This document shows positions 29,735-39,278 of a stretch of 64,000 nt of DNA, in pieces. The stretch lies in contig OZ219754.1 of the NCBI GenBank assembly GCA_964291295.2, positions 2,720,001 to 2,784,000 of the forward strand. Reading direction: 5' to 3'. Numbering within the stretch: position 1 is the stretch's first letter; the number at the start of each line of letters is the position of its first letter. The notes under the pieces were generated by a model. That model saw only the letters and a program-made list of their open reading frames with translations. It did not search any database and was not told the origin of the DNA. A program made the position numbers and the translations under genes. Origin of the DNA: an uncultured Candidatus Binatia bacterium. Lineage in GTDB: Bacteria; Desulfobacterota; Binatia; UBA9968; JAJDTQ01.

Positions 29735-31240
29735 TCACCATGGTTCGAGGCCGGCCGCGTTGCGGCCGGCGATGCGGCCGGTGACGAAGCACTCGGTGAT
29801 GTTGCCCGCTTCCAGGTAGAGGTGGCCGAAGGAGGAGCCGCATTCCCCCGCGGAGAAGAGCCGCCGGATGGGCTCATGGCGCACGTCCATGACGTGCTGT
29901 TGGGCATCGTGAACCGGTCCGCCCTGGGTGTTGGAGACGATGGGCCACACCTCCATCAGGTAGAACGGCGGGGTGTCGATGGACAGGCGCGTGCCCGGGA
30001 GCCGGTGGTAGCGGTCCGTTCCCCCGCTGGCGCACACCCGGTTCCACTCCGCCACCGTGGCCGCCAGGGTTGCGGCGTCGGCCGGGATCATGGCGGCGAT
30101 GCCCCGGAGATCGTCGGCCTTCCTGATCCAGCCCCGTTCCACCTCCGCCAGGTTGTCCTCGCTCCAGTCGTAGGAAACGTTCTCGTCGTGCACCGTCGGC
30201 TGCCCCACCGGGCCGAGCTTGCGACCTTTCTCGTCGAACACCAGATAGGCGGGGATGCGGGGAAACTCCTGCTTGTCGGCGTCGTAGAACTCCAGTGCCC
30301 GGTGACCGGTGTCCTGCACCGCCGGCGGGTACTCGTTCATGAATCGCCGTCCGTACTTGTCCACCGCGATCCAGGGCATGATCCAGTCGTCCTTGCGCGG
30401 TCCCCTGAAGCAGTGCCGGAAGGCCAGCGGGAACTCGGGGTACTTGAAGCCGTAGCTGCCGTGGAAATGCCACATGTGCCACATCGAGGCCCCCACCTCC
30501 TGGGCCATGGTGATGCCGTCGCCGGTGTTGCCGGTGAACAGGGTGTACACTGGCATGGCCTCGAAATAGTTGCGCTTCATCTCGTCGTTGTTCTCGAAGC
30601 CGCCACAGGCCAGGATCACCCCACGCCGCGCCTTGATGGCGACTTCCCGCCCCCCGTGCTCGGCCACCAGCCCGACGATGCCGTGGTCCGGATGCCGTAT
30701 CAGCCGTCTGGCCGGCGTGGCCAAACGCACCGCAATGCCGGGGCGGGCTTCGACGTTGTCCAGCAGGACCTTGAAAAGACGCGCCCCTCCGCGCAGGCCC
30801 TTGGCCCATTCGAACCCCTGGTAGCCTTCCATGGGCGCGATCTTGAAGCCGTCCAGCCCCTCTCCGCCGGGGAAGGGATAGGTGCCGCCGTTCCGCTGCT
30901 CTTCCAGCTCGAACGGGGTTTCCTTCACCAGCGCCTTCACGAAGTCCTTCATCTCCGTCATGCCCTTGGCCAGGGCCCGGAGCACGTCGTCCGGAGTGCG
31001 GCCCGCGTTGGTATGGCGCAGGTATTCGAAGGCCTTGTTCTCGTCCATGGCGGTGGCGATGCCGCCGCCCGCGAGGATCGAGATGCCACCCGGGTTGGCC
31101 ATCTTCTCCACGATGGTGGCTTCGGCCCCGGAGTCCGCCGCCACCACCGCGGCCACGCCCCCGGCAAAGCCGAAGCCGATCACCAGCACATCCGTCTCGA
31201 CGTCCCAGAGGACCGGAAGACCCTTATCCAACGTGTCCAA
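29735..31240 (-). CDS. FAD-dependent oxidoreductase (FAD_binding_2; KstD/TcuA/fumarate reductase flavoprotein family)
   Basis: DVLVIGFGFAG, VILACGGF, NTGDG, NTQGG, LFSAGE; TTG start after GGGAG RBS. Confidence 0.9.
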   Translation of the reverse strand: MDTLDKGLPVLWDVETDVLVIGFGFAGGVAAVVAADSGAEATIVEKMANPGGISILAGGGIATAMDENKAFEYLRHTNAGRTPDDVLRALAKGMTEMKDFVKALVKETPFELEEQRNGGTYPFPGGEGLDGFKIAPMEGYQGFEWAKGLRGGARLFKVLLDNVEARPGIAVRLATPARRLIRHPDHGIVGLVAEHGGREVAIKARRGVILACGGFENNDEMKRNYFEAMPVYTLFTGNTGDGITMAQEVGASMWHMWHFHGSYGFKYPEFPLAFRHCFRGPRKDDWIMPWIAVDKYGRRFMNEYPPAVQDTGHRALEFYDADKQEFPRIPAYLVFDEKGRKLGPVGQPTVHDENVSYDWSEDNLAEVERGWIRKADDLRGIAAMIPADAATLAATVAEWNRVCASGGTDRYHRLPGTRLSIDTPPFYLMEVWPIVSNTQGGPVHDAQQHVMDVRHEPIRRLFSAGECGSSFGHLYLEAGNITECFVTGRIAGRNAAGLEPW

Positions 31241-31391
31241 GGTTTCTCTCCCTTCAAACCGGATGCAACCGAGCCTGCTGGCCGCTCGGGCGAGCCGCTT
31301 CGGCGCTGCCGGGATGATACCTGTGGCAGCGCCGGCCAGGATGTGGCCGCGCGCGAGCACTCCGACACCGCCAGGCACGCTCCGGGATGTA

Positions 31392-31475
31392 TGGCTCCGG
31401 AGTTGTGGCTCCGGAGTTGTGGCTCCGGAGTTGTGGCTCCGGAGTTGTGGCTCCGGAGTTACCGCTCCGGAGTTG
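31392..31475. repeat. Tandem repeat, 6 x 14 bp (TGGCTCCGGAGTTG), each containing the palindrome CTCCGGAG
   Basis: Four perfect and two degenerate units read directly; intergenic. Confidence 0.92.
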
Positions 31476-31553
31476 TGAAAATCGGCGGCAACTCCCGCGC
31501 GAGCGCCGATACACCGGCTAACAAGGCCGGCTTTCCCCTGTCAACCGGCGGGG

Positions 31554-33332
31554 CTACCGCAGCCGTTCAGGCAACGGCATTTCCAGCAGTTCCCGGCGTT
31601 CGGTGAGACCCGCGGCCCGTCCTCGGTACGGCAGGATCCCGAGATGCTCCAGGAACCGGCCCGGCAGGGAATCCGCCGGGAACCCGGCCGCCAGTTTCCC
31701 GTGTTCGGCAATGGCTTCGGCAAAGAGCCGCAGCGTGGATTTCCGGCGTGGAAACAGGCGCAGCCGAATGGCGGCGTCCGGTGCGAGGCTGGCGGCCTCG
31801 CGGGCCGCTCGCAGTGTCGCGGCATAGCCGCCCAGTTCATCCACCAGTCCGTGCTCCCTGGCGTCGACGCCGCTCCAGACCCGTCCCTTGGCCACCACCC
31901 GCACCTCCTCCGGTGACAGCCCTCGGCCCTGCGCCACCTTGGACACGAAGTCTTCGTAGACGACGTCGAGCAGATGGTCCAGCCGTTTGCGCTGTTCGGG
32001 ACCGTAGTCCTGAAGGGGACTCCAGAACGTCGCATTGGCATTCCCGGGGATCTCCTCCCAGGTGACCCCGAGCTTGTTCCACAGGCCCCGGGTCACCATC
32101 TTTCCCGCCGCCACGCCGATGGAGCCGGTTATGGTGGCGGGCTGGGCAACGATGCGGTCCGCCGATGCGGCGATGAAATACCCGCCAGAGCCGGCGACGT
32201 CGCCCATGGAAACGATCACCGGCTTGCCCCGGCGCCGGGCACGGTGCACCCCGCGCCGGATGACATCCGAGGCCACGTAGGAGCCGCCAGGGCTGTCGAT
32301 GCGGAAGATGATGGCCCGGACCTGGTTGTCACGGGCCGCCGCGCGCAGGGCGCGGGCAAGGCTGTCCGAGCCCATGGACTGGGCGCCGGCAAAACCGCGA
32401 TGGCGACTGCGCCCGCCGTGGATATTGCCCAGGCCGTAGATCAACGCCACGGTGGTCGGATCGCCCTCTCCGGCTTCCAACCGGCTGCGGTAGCGGGAAA
32501 GGGTCAGAAACCTGACATCGGAACCCAGGCTCTTGCGGACACGTGCACGCACCTCGTCGCGGTACAGGAGGCCGTCCACCAGCGCCTCATCCAAGGCCTC
32601 GTCGGCGGTCAGCGGGGCTCGCCGCATCAGCACATCCAGCGTCTCGCGGGATATCCCCCGCCCCTCGGCGATGCCCGCGGTCAACTGTTCCGTCAGGGAC
32701 TCCAGGATTCGCGTGAACGCCTCCCTCCCGGGTGCGCTGAGGCGGGTATTTTCAAAGCGTTCCCTGATGCCCTTGTATTCCCCCCGCTGGTTCATCCGGA
32801 ACTGAACATCGAGCTTCTCCAGAGCGTTCTTCAGGAAATAGTTCCGGACCAGCAGGCCGGTGAGGCCCACGCTGCCGGAGGGTTGCAGGTATATCTTCTC
32901 GAAGGCCGCAGCCAGATAGAAGGCGCCATTGCCGGGTCCGAAGTCGCCGAAGGATTCGGCGAAGGCGTAGGTCGGCTTGCCTGACCGGCGAAAGGTCCGG
33001 ATCGCGTCGCGCAGCTCCTGGACCCGCGCCAGGCCCATGCCCGAAGCACCCACCCGCGCCATCAGTCCGACCACGCGGTCATCCCGCGCCGCCCGTTCGA
33101 TGGCGGCGACGGTCTGCCACAGGTCCGGTTGCTCCCGCGGGAGTCCGTACCAGGGCGTGAATCCGCCGGAGCCGAGTTCCGGTATCGGGCGGCTCAGGTC
33201 CAGGGCAAGAACGGTCCTGTCCGGCACCGGCAGGGTTCGCGTGGAGTAGAACAGCAGCACCGCCACGACGCCGGCGACGGCCAGGGTCGCCACGGCTCCA
33301 ATGACCATGAGCACGATTCGGATGAGGTACAT
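31554..33332 (-). CDS. sppA: Signal peptide peptidase SppA (protease IV, 67K type)
   Basis: GEYKG, RIDSPGG, SMGDVAGSGGY, TITGSIGV, KGRVWSG..A..GLVDELGG. Confidence 0.95.
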   Translation of the reverse strand: MYLIRIVLMVIGAVATLAVAGVVAVLLFYSTRTLPVPDRTVLALDLSRPIPELGSGGFTPWYGLPREQPDLWQTVAAIERAARDDRVVGLMARVGASGMGLARVQELRDAIRTFRRSGKPTYAFAESFGDFGPGNGAFYLAAAFEKIYLQPSGSVGLTGLLVRNYFLKNALEKLDVQFRMNQRGEYKGIRERFENTRLSAPGREAFTRILESLTEQLTAGIAEGRGISRETLDVLMRRAPLTADEALDEALVDGLLYRDEVRARVRKSLGSDVRFLTLSRYRSRLEAGEGDPTTVALIYGLGNIHGGRSRHRGFAGAQSMGSDSLARALRAAARDNQVRAIIFRIDSPGGSYVASDVIRRGVHRARRRGKPVIVSMGDVAGSGGYFIAASADRIVAQPATITGSIGVAAGKMVTRGLWNKLGVTWEEIPGNANATFWSPLQDYGPEQRKRLDHLLDVVYEDFVSKVAQGRGLSPEEVRVVAKGRVWSGVDAREHGLVDELGGYAATLRAAREAASLAPDAAIRLRLFPRRKSTLRLFAEAIAEHGKLAAGFPADSLPGRFLEHLGILPYRGRAAGLTERRELLEMPLPERLR

Positions 33333-33481
33333 GATTCCTCCCGGGGACCCTCGCCCGGTATCGTCCTGATGGGGGCGGGTCTGTGAATCTGGTACACAAG
33401 AGGATGTTGCCGGAAACGGCGACGGAGACAACGGTGACGGAAGAACCTTGACGGATGCCCCTGCCCATGACGAGGGAGCCG

Positions 33482-33882
33482 ATGCGTCGAATCACCAGCC
33501 GCATCCGCCTGGACGACGGCGAGATCGAGGAGCGCTTCATCCGGGCCTCGGGTCCCGGCGGGCAGAACGTGAACAAGACCGCCACCGCCGTGCAACTCCG
33601 GTTCAACGTGACGGACTCTCCGTCGTTGCCGCAAGCGGTCCGGGAGCGTCTCCTGCGGACTGCGGGCAGGCGTGTGGACAGGAGTGGAATCCTGACCATC
33701 GAGGCCAGACGTTATCGCGACCAGTCACGCAATCGCGAGGACGCCCTGGAGCGTCTGGTCGCGCTGATTCGCAAGGCCGCCGACGAGCCGGCGCCACGCC
33801 GGCGTCACGGCACCGCCGTCTGGACGACAAGCGCAAGCGGAGCGCCCTCAAGAAGTTGCGCCGTTCGAATCTCCCGGACTGA
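33482..33882 (+). pseudogene. arfB: Alternative ribosome-rescue peptidyl-tRNA hydrolase ArfB with a frameshift before its basic tail
   Basis: RASGPGGQNVNK and QSRNREDA in one frame; tail ASRHRRLDDKRKRSALKKLRR in another frame (stop 33882). Confidence 0.8.
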
Positions 33883-33908
33883 TACCCCCTCTTTCGTGGC
33901 GGCGCGCA

Positions 33909-34649
33909 TCATTGCAGCGTGGGCGGTTCGTCATCGCGCCGCTTTCCTTCGATGATCTTGAACTGCCGCTTGAGGCGGGCCAGGCGGAACCGGTAGTATT
34001 CCTGCCGGACCGTGACCCAGGAACGCTTCAGGTTCAGCATGTGGCCCCACCGGAGATACACGTAGCCGAACAGCATGCCGCCGAGGTGGCCGAGGTGCGA
34101 GATGCCGGAGTAACCCGGACTGATGGACGAGAAGAACGCGATGGCGCCGATGATGAGCACGAAGTACTTCATCCGGATGGGGATCAGCAGGTAGAGATAG
34201 ATCACGTTGTCGGGAAAGAGCCGTCCGTAGGCCAGCAGCACACCGTAAATGCCGGCGGATGCGCCGATGGTGGGGATGGCCTGGTTCGGTTCCAGGAACA
34301 GTACGCAGAGGCCGCCTCCGACCACGCTGACCCAGTAGTACTTCAGGAAGAACCGCGTGCCCCAGGCCCGCTCCAGGTCGCAGCCGAACATCCACAACGC
34401 CAGCATGTTGAACAATATGTGGAACAGCCCGAAATGGAGGAACTGGTAGGTGAAGAGCTGCCAGATCTGGAGTTCGTTCCAGACCAGATGCGGGACCAGG
34501 CCGAAGATCCAGAGGAGCGGGCGCCCTCCGAGATAGGGAAGCTGGAAGACGAAGACAGCGACGTTGACGATCAGCAGCCACTTGACCGCCGGGGTAACCG
34601 GACCTCCGAAGCTGAGCGATCCGGAGGAAGGCCGGGTCCGGTACATCAT
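33909..34649 (-). CDS. Rhomboid family intramembrane serine protease
   Basis: WQLFTYQFLH, HILFNM, GASAG, HLGHLGG. Confidence 0.95.
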   Translation of the reverse strand: MMYRTRPSSGSLSFGGPVTPAVKWLLIVNVAVFVFQLPYLGGRPLLWIFGLVPHLVWNELQIWQLFTYQFLHFGLFHILFNMLALWMFGCDLERAWGTRFFLKYYWVSVVGGGLCVLFLEPNQAIPTIGASAGIYGVLLAYGRLFPDNVIYLYLLIPIRMKYFVLIIGAIAFFSSISPGYSGISHLGHLGGMLFGYVYLRWGHMLNLKRSWVTVRQEYYRFRLARLKRQFKIIEGKRRDDEPPTLQ

Positions 34650-34703
34650 GACCCCAATATAGCGTATTGCACGATGAGCCGTAAGCGGCTAAGCGTGAGA
34701 GAA

Positions 34704-35672
34704 ATGAAGATCCTCCTTACCGGCGGAACCGGTGTGAACGGTGCCTGCACCGCGCGGCTGCTGGTGGCCCGGGGGCAGCACCCGGTGCTGCTGGACAACC
34801 GGGTGGATCTGTCGCTGATCGCGGATATCGCCGGCGACGTGGAGGTGGTGTCCGGCGACATCCTGAACGGCGCCGAAGTGAAAGAGGTGGTGGCGGACCA
34901 CGGCATCACCCACATCGTGCACATGGCGGCGCTGATGCCGGGCCCGGCCGAGGCCGATCCTCACCGCGCCATCGCCATCGGCGTGGACGGAACCCTGAAC
35001 GTGCTGGAAGCCGCCCGCGCCTGCGGCATCCGGCGGGTCGTCTATACCAGCTCCAATGCCTTCATCGGCAACGTCACCGGCCGCCACGGCCATCCGGACT
35101 TCGTGCCCCTGGACGAGACCCATCCCCCGAACCCCGCAGACCTCTATGGCGTCACCAAGGTCTGCTCGGAGGCGTTGGGAAGCTACTACGGGAGTCGCCG
35201 CGGGATCGAGTTCGTGGCGCTGCGCTACCCGTCCATCTACGGCCCGGGCAAGCGTGCGCGGCACGGCGTCCTGGCCCTCTATGGCAAGATCATCGAGGAC
35301 GTCATGGCCGGACGCGAGGTATCCATCCCCCGGGGCGGCGACCAGCGGAACGACGCCCTCTACGTCGGCGACGTGGCCCACTCGGTGGTCCTGGCCCTGA
35401 ACGCCGCCGGCCCGATACGGGGCACCTTCAACATCGGCACCGGCCGGGGCGTCACGCTGAAGGATTTTGCCGCGGTCCTGAAACGTATCTTTCCCACGGC
35501 GAAGATCGACATGGGCGACGGCCTCGACTTCCGCGAGGGCTACAAGCAAAGCTACTGCGTCTTCGACATCGGCAGGGCGCGCGCACAACTGGGGTACGAG
35601 CCGCAGTACGACCTGGAGGGTGGCATCCAGGACTACATCCAGAGCGTCCGAAGGCTGAAATTGCCGATCTGA
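34704..35672 (+). CDS. NAD-dependent epimerase/dehydratase (extended SDR)
   Basis: TGGTGVNG, YTSS, YGVTK, FNIGTG. Confidence 0.92.
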   Translation: MKILLTGGTGVNGACTARLLVARGQHPVLLDNRVDLSLIADIAGDVEVVSGDILNGAEVKEVVADHGITHIVHMAALMPGPAEADPHRAIAIGVDGTLNVLEAARACGIRRVVYTSSNAFIGNVTGRHGHPDFVPLDETHPPNPADLYGVTKVCSEALGSYYGSRRGIEFVALRYPSIYGPGKRARHGVLALYGKIIEDVMAGREVSIPRGGDQRNDALYVGDVAHSVVLALNAAGPIRGTFNIGTGRGVTLKDFAAVLKRIFPTAKIDMGDGLDFREGYKQSYCVFDIGRARAQLGYEPQYDLEGGIQDYIQSVRRLKLPI

Positions 35673-36055
35673 TGCACGGGTGGATGCACGGCGATCCGTT
35701 CCGGAATCGCCCCTTCGGGCGCCTTTCTGTTCGTGCCATCGTCCGGACAGGACAAACCGGCGTCCGGCATCAGGTGCCCGGGCGCATGAAACTCTACCGG
35801 AAGTTCTACCGGGCACTCTGCCTTCCTTCACTTCCAGCGCGTTCGTTGAGGGTGCGCATCGCCCGGCCGGAGCGCTCCCGGGTGCCCTTGGGTCCGGACC
35901 TCGGGTACATCGCCGGCCGGATCGGGCGGCGGCGCACCGGTTCCACCACGCGGAACCGGTGCGCGACTCACGCCCGACCCGGTCCGACACCGCCTGTGCG
36001 AAAGGGTTGACCCGCGCGAGCCACGGACAAATTTCGACGGCTGCTTGCCTGGCTG

Positions 36056-36733
36056 GTGCATTTCTACACCGCCCTCGGGGCGGTGGTAGCGGCGTTCACG
36101 CTGATGCGGGTGGCCGAAGGCCGCTACCGCGAGGCGCTGGCGCTCATGGGCCTGGCACTGATCCTGGACGCCACCGACGGAACTTTCGCCCGGGCGGCGC
36201 GCGTGAAAGAGCGGGTCCCCGAGGTGGACGGCGCCCGGCTCGATGACATCGTCGACTATCTCAACTACGTCTTCGTTCCCTGCTTCCTGCTGCTGCGGGC
36301 AGAGTTGCTGCCCGCAGGACACGCGTGGTGGATCGTCTGCCTGCCGCTGCTGGCAAGCGCCTACGGTTTCTCGCAGACCAACGCCAAGACGGCCGACCAT
36401 CACTTCCTCGGATTTCCCTCCTGCTGGAATGTGGTGGCGTTCTACTGCGTGGTCCTGGACTGGGGGCCCTGGTTCAACGGCCTGCTCGTGATCGCATTGT
36501 CCGTGATGGTCTTCGTGCCCATCCGGTATCTGTACCCGAGCCGGAACCCGTTCCTGCGAGGTCTGACCCTCACCTTGGGGGCCGTCTGGGGAGTGCTCTG
36601 CCTCGGGCTGGTGTATCACCTGCCCCACCCGCCCCGCGGCCTGGCGCTGGTTTCGCTGTTCTTCCCCGCCTACTACCTGCTGCTGTCCTTCTGGTCCCAC
36701 CTGCGATCCGGCAACGTGCGATCCGGCAGATAG
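36056..36733 (+). CDS. pcs: Phosphatidylcholine synthase-like CDP-alcohol phosphatidyltransferase
   Basis: DG-x2-AR-x8-P-x3-G-x3-D-x3-D (DGTFARAARVKERVPEVDGARLDDIVD), HFYTA, FLGFPS.WN, YLYPSR. Confidence 0.8.
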   Translation: MHFYTALGAVVAAFTLMRVAEGRYREALALMGLALILDATDGTFARAARVKERVPEVDGARLDDIVDYLNYVFVPCFLLLRAELLPAGHAWWIVCLPLLASAYGFSQTNAKTADHHFLGFPSCWNVVAFYCVVLDWGPWFNGLLVIALSVMVFVPIRYLYPSRNPFLRGLTLTLGAVWGVLCLGLVYHLPHPPRGLALVSLFFPAYYLLLSFWSHLRSGNVRSGR

Positions 36734-36943
36734 GAGCACGTGCGCCCACATGACCGGCGCTCCGCCCTGTCAAGTCAAGTCATGCCAGCGGTCTGCTCTT
36801 CGGTGGCCGGACCGTCTTGACCCCGGAGGAGGCCGGCCACGCCATGGTGGCGAGATCCTCCGACAACATGCCTCGCAATCCAGGGCGGGACGGTGCTCGG
36901 AGAGACGACCCTCGACCCGAACTCCGGCGCATCACACCTGAGG

Positions 36944-37453
36944 CTAACGGGTAGGCTCCACGGATTCGTCGCGGTGGATTCGGACGGCGAGGACGTCGGC
37001 TTCGGCGCACACTTTGCGCTCGCAACTCAGGGTGCAGGAGAGAAAGGTCTTGCGCCCCTGCACCTTGCGGATGGCGGCACGCAGCTCCAGGGGTTTTCCC
37101 AGCGGCGTCGGACGCCGGTAATCGATGTGCAGGCTGGCGGTGACAAAGAAGATCCGGGGCGCACTGCCGATGGGACGCTGCTCGTCCCTGTAGGCCCGGG
37201 CGATGGCGAGATTCATGCTGTGGCAGTCGAGCAGAGTCGCGATCACGCCGCCGTTCACCACCTCGCGCGTGCCGCCGCAGTGATGCGGCCGGGCCGTCCA
37301 GGTGCCGACCGCCTCTTCGCCGTCCCAGCGGCTCTTGATCCGGAAACCCTGGTCATTGGCGGGACCGCAGCCGTAGCACAAGGTGGTGGCGCCCTGGTCC
37401 TGGAAAGAGAGCTTCTCGCTCCCCCGCTCCTGCCCACGCGGTGCCATTGCCAT
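36944..37453 (-). CDS. PaaI/hotdog-fold thioesterase
   Basis: CYGCGPAN..G, NGGVIATLLDCH, VTASLHIDYRRPTP. Confidence 0.88.
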   Translation of the reverse strand: MAMAPRGQERGSEKLSFQDQGATTLCYGCGPANDQGFRIKSRWDGEEAVGTWTARPHHCGGTREVVNGGVIATLLDCHSMNLAIARAYRDEQRPIGSAPRIFFVTASLHIDYRRPTPLGKPLELRAAIRKVQGRKTFLSCTLSCERKVCAEADVLAVRIHRDESVEPTR

Positions 37454-38319
37454 CAGCCGGCGCGGGTCACGCCCAACCGGAGTGACCCGATCCCTTCGAT
37501 CTCGGCCACCAGTTCGTCGCCGGCGGCCAGTTGCTTCTGAAACGCCGGCGCATCGGGATTGCCGCTGGCAATGAGGTCGCCGGGCAGCAGGGTTCCGACC
37601 CGGGAGAGATGACTCACCAGACGGGCCACGCCGTTGATCATGCCGCTGGTGCTGGCCGATTGCCGCAGCGCGTCGTTCACCCAAAGGCGCATCTCCAGGG
37701 CTTGCGGGTCGGGTACCGCGTCGCGGGTGACGATCCAGGGCCCCACGGGAGCGAAGGTGTCGAAACCTTTCCGCACGCAACGGGTGCCCATGAGATTCCG
37801 TCCGGATCCGTATCCCCGGGCGGTGACGTCGAGGATGACGCTGTAGCCGAACACGGCGTCCATGGCCTCGTCCTCCGACAGGTCGCGGCTCTCCTTGCCG
37901 ATGACGACGCACAACTCCAACTCCGGAAAGACGGTATCGGCACTGGCGGGGATGACGATGTTCCCGCCCGGGCCGATGACCGCGGACGGCGGCTTGAGGA
38001 AAAGATGCTCGAGCAGCTCGTCGGGCGGGGTCTGGCGCGCTTCTCCCCGTCCTCCGGAACTGGAAAGGTTCGCGCCGCCGCGGTGGTAGTTGCCGGCGGC
38101 GCCCCAGATCTTGGAAGGCGCGGGCACGGGCGCGGCCAGTTGCGCCGCATCCAGGCTTGTCGGACTTCCTTCCGAAACCGCCCGCTCGACGGCGCTCCGG
38201 TGGCTGTCGAAGGACGCCGCCAGATCGATCATGGAGTCGCAGACACGGTCCAGCAGAACGATCCCGTCGTCCGACGTGATGGCTGCGACACTGCCGTTCC
38301 TGAGGGTGGCAAACCGCAT
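37453..38319 (-). CDS. Fumarylacetoacetate hydrolase family protein
   Basis: FLKPPS, ELEL.VVIGK, DVTAR, KGFDTFAPVGP, L.PGDLI. Confidence 0.93.
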   Translation of the reverse strand: MRFATLRNGSVAAITSDDGIVLLDRVCDSMIDLAASFDSHRSAVERAVSEGSPTSLDAAQLAAPVPAPSKIWGAAGNYHRGGANLSSSGGRGEARQTPPDELLEHLFLKPPSAVIGPGGNIVIPASADTVFPELELCVVIGKESRDLSEDEAMDAVFGYSVILDVTARGYGSGRNLMGTRCVRKGFDTFAPVGPWIVTRDAVPDPQALEMRLWVNDALRQSASTSGMINGVARLVSHLSRVGTLLPGDLIASGNPDAPAFQKQLAAGDELVAEIEGIGSLRLGVTRAG

Positions 38320-38436
38320 GGGGCACCTCCATGCCGCCGCGCCGCAAGGACACATCATGGTCCTGCCGGCGTGGTCGTCACGAAACGGAAGGATCTCGAA
38401 GCGGGGGTGGCCGCTCTCGCTCCAGGGGCCGCGTGT

Positions 38437-39207
38437 CTAGTAGGCGTCCTTGAGTTCCCGGACCTTGGCGAAGACCGAAACCGGGTCCGTTCCCTGACCC
38501 GGGAAACGCGCGGCGAGGCCGGCCTTGATCTCGTCGCTTTCCCATCGGAGAAACGGGTTGGTTTCGAGCTCGTCCCCGAGGCGGGACGGCACCGTGAACT
38601 GCTCCCTTGCCCGGAGCGCCCGGACCGCCTCCAGCCTTTGCCGGATCTTTTCGTTGCGGGGCTCCACCGTGAGGGCGAACTGAAGGTTCTTTTCGGTGTA
38701 CTCGTGGCCGCAGTAGACCAGCGTGTCGTCCGACAGGTCGCGCAGTTTCCCGAGGGAGCGGGTCATCTGCTCCGGGTTCCCCTCGAACACCCGGCCGCAG
38801 CCGCCGGCGAAGAGGGCGTCACCGCTGAAGAGCCTCCCGGGAAACACGAAGGCGATATGGCCTCGGGTGTGACCCGGAACGAACAGGACGCGGCCCCGTT
38901 CCTCTCCCACCCGGACCTCGTCGCCCTCCTCCAGAGCGTGGGTGATGCCGGGGATGCGTTCCTCGTCCGCCTTGGCGCCGAACACCGTCAGTCCCGGCTT
39001 CTGCCCCAGCAGGTATGCGTTGCCGCCGGTGTGATCCCGGTGATGGTGGGTGTTGAGGATGGCGACGAGCTCGACCCCTTCCTCCCGGACGCGGTGCCAG
39101 ACCGGCTCCCCTTCGGAAGGATCGACGATGCCCGCCCGGTTGGTCTTCTCGCAGATCACGAGGTAGCCGTAGTTGTCCGCAAGCAACGGTATCGGAACGA
39201 TTCTCAT
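38437..39207 (-). CDS. gloB: Hydroxyacylglutathione hydrolase (glyoxalase II)
   Basis: DNY.YL, THHHRDHTGGN, PGHT.GHI, GCGR, CGHEYT, TVPS..E..TNPFLR. Confidence 0.95.
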   Translation of the reverse strand: MRIVPIPLLADNYGYLVICEKTNRAGIVDPSEGEPVWHRVREEGVELVAILNTHHHRDHTGGNAYLLGQKPGLTVFGAKADEERIPGITHALEEGDEVRVGEERGRVLFVPGHTRGHIAFVFPGRLFSGDALFAGGCGRVFEGNPEQMTRSLGKLRDLSDDTLVYCGHEYTEKNLQFALTVEPRNEKIRQRLEAVRALRAREQFTVPSRLGDELETNPFLRWESDEIKAGLAARFPGQGTDPVSVFAKVRELKDAY

Positions 39208-39278
39208 TGCGCCCTTTATACCAGAACCGGCGCGGGCCGGCCACCGGCCGGATGAGGGCCACGGCAGGCCCGGGCGCG

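Noticed and set aside
31392-31475. Possible CRISPR array
   Set aside because: Units are 14 bp, directly abutting, with no unique spacers and no cas genes.
35673-36020. Short ORFs between the SDR and pcs genes
   Set aside because: No RBS or motif support; treated as intergenic.
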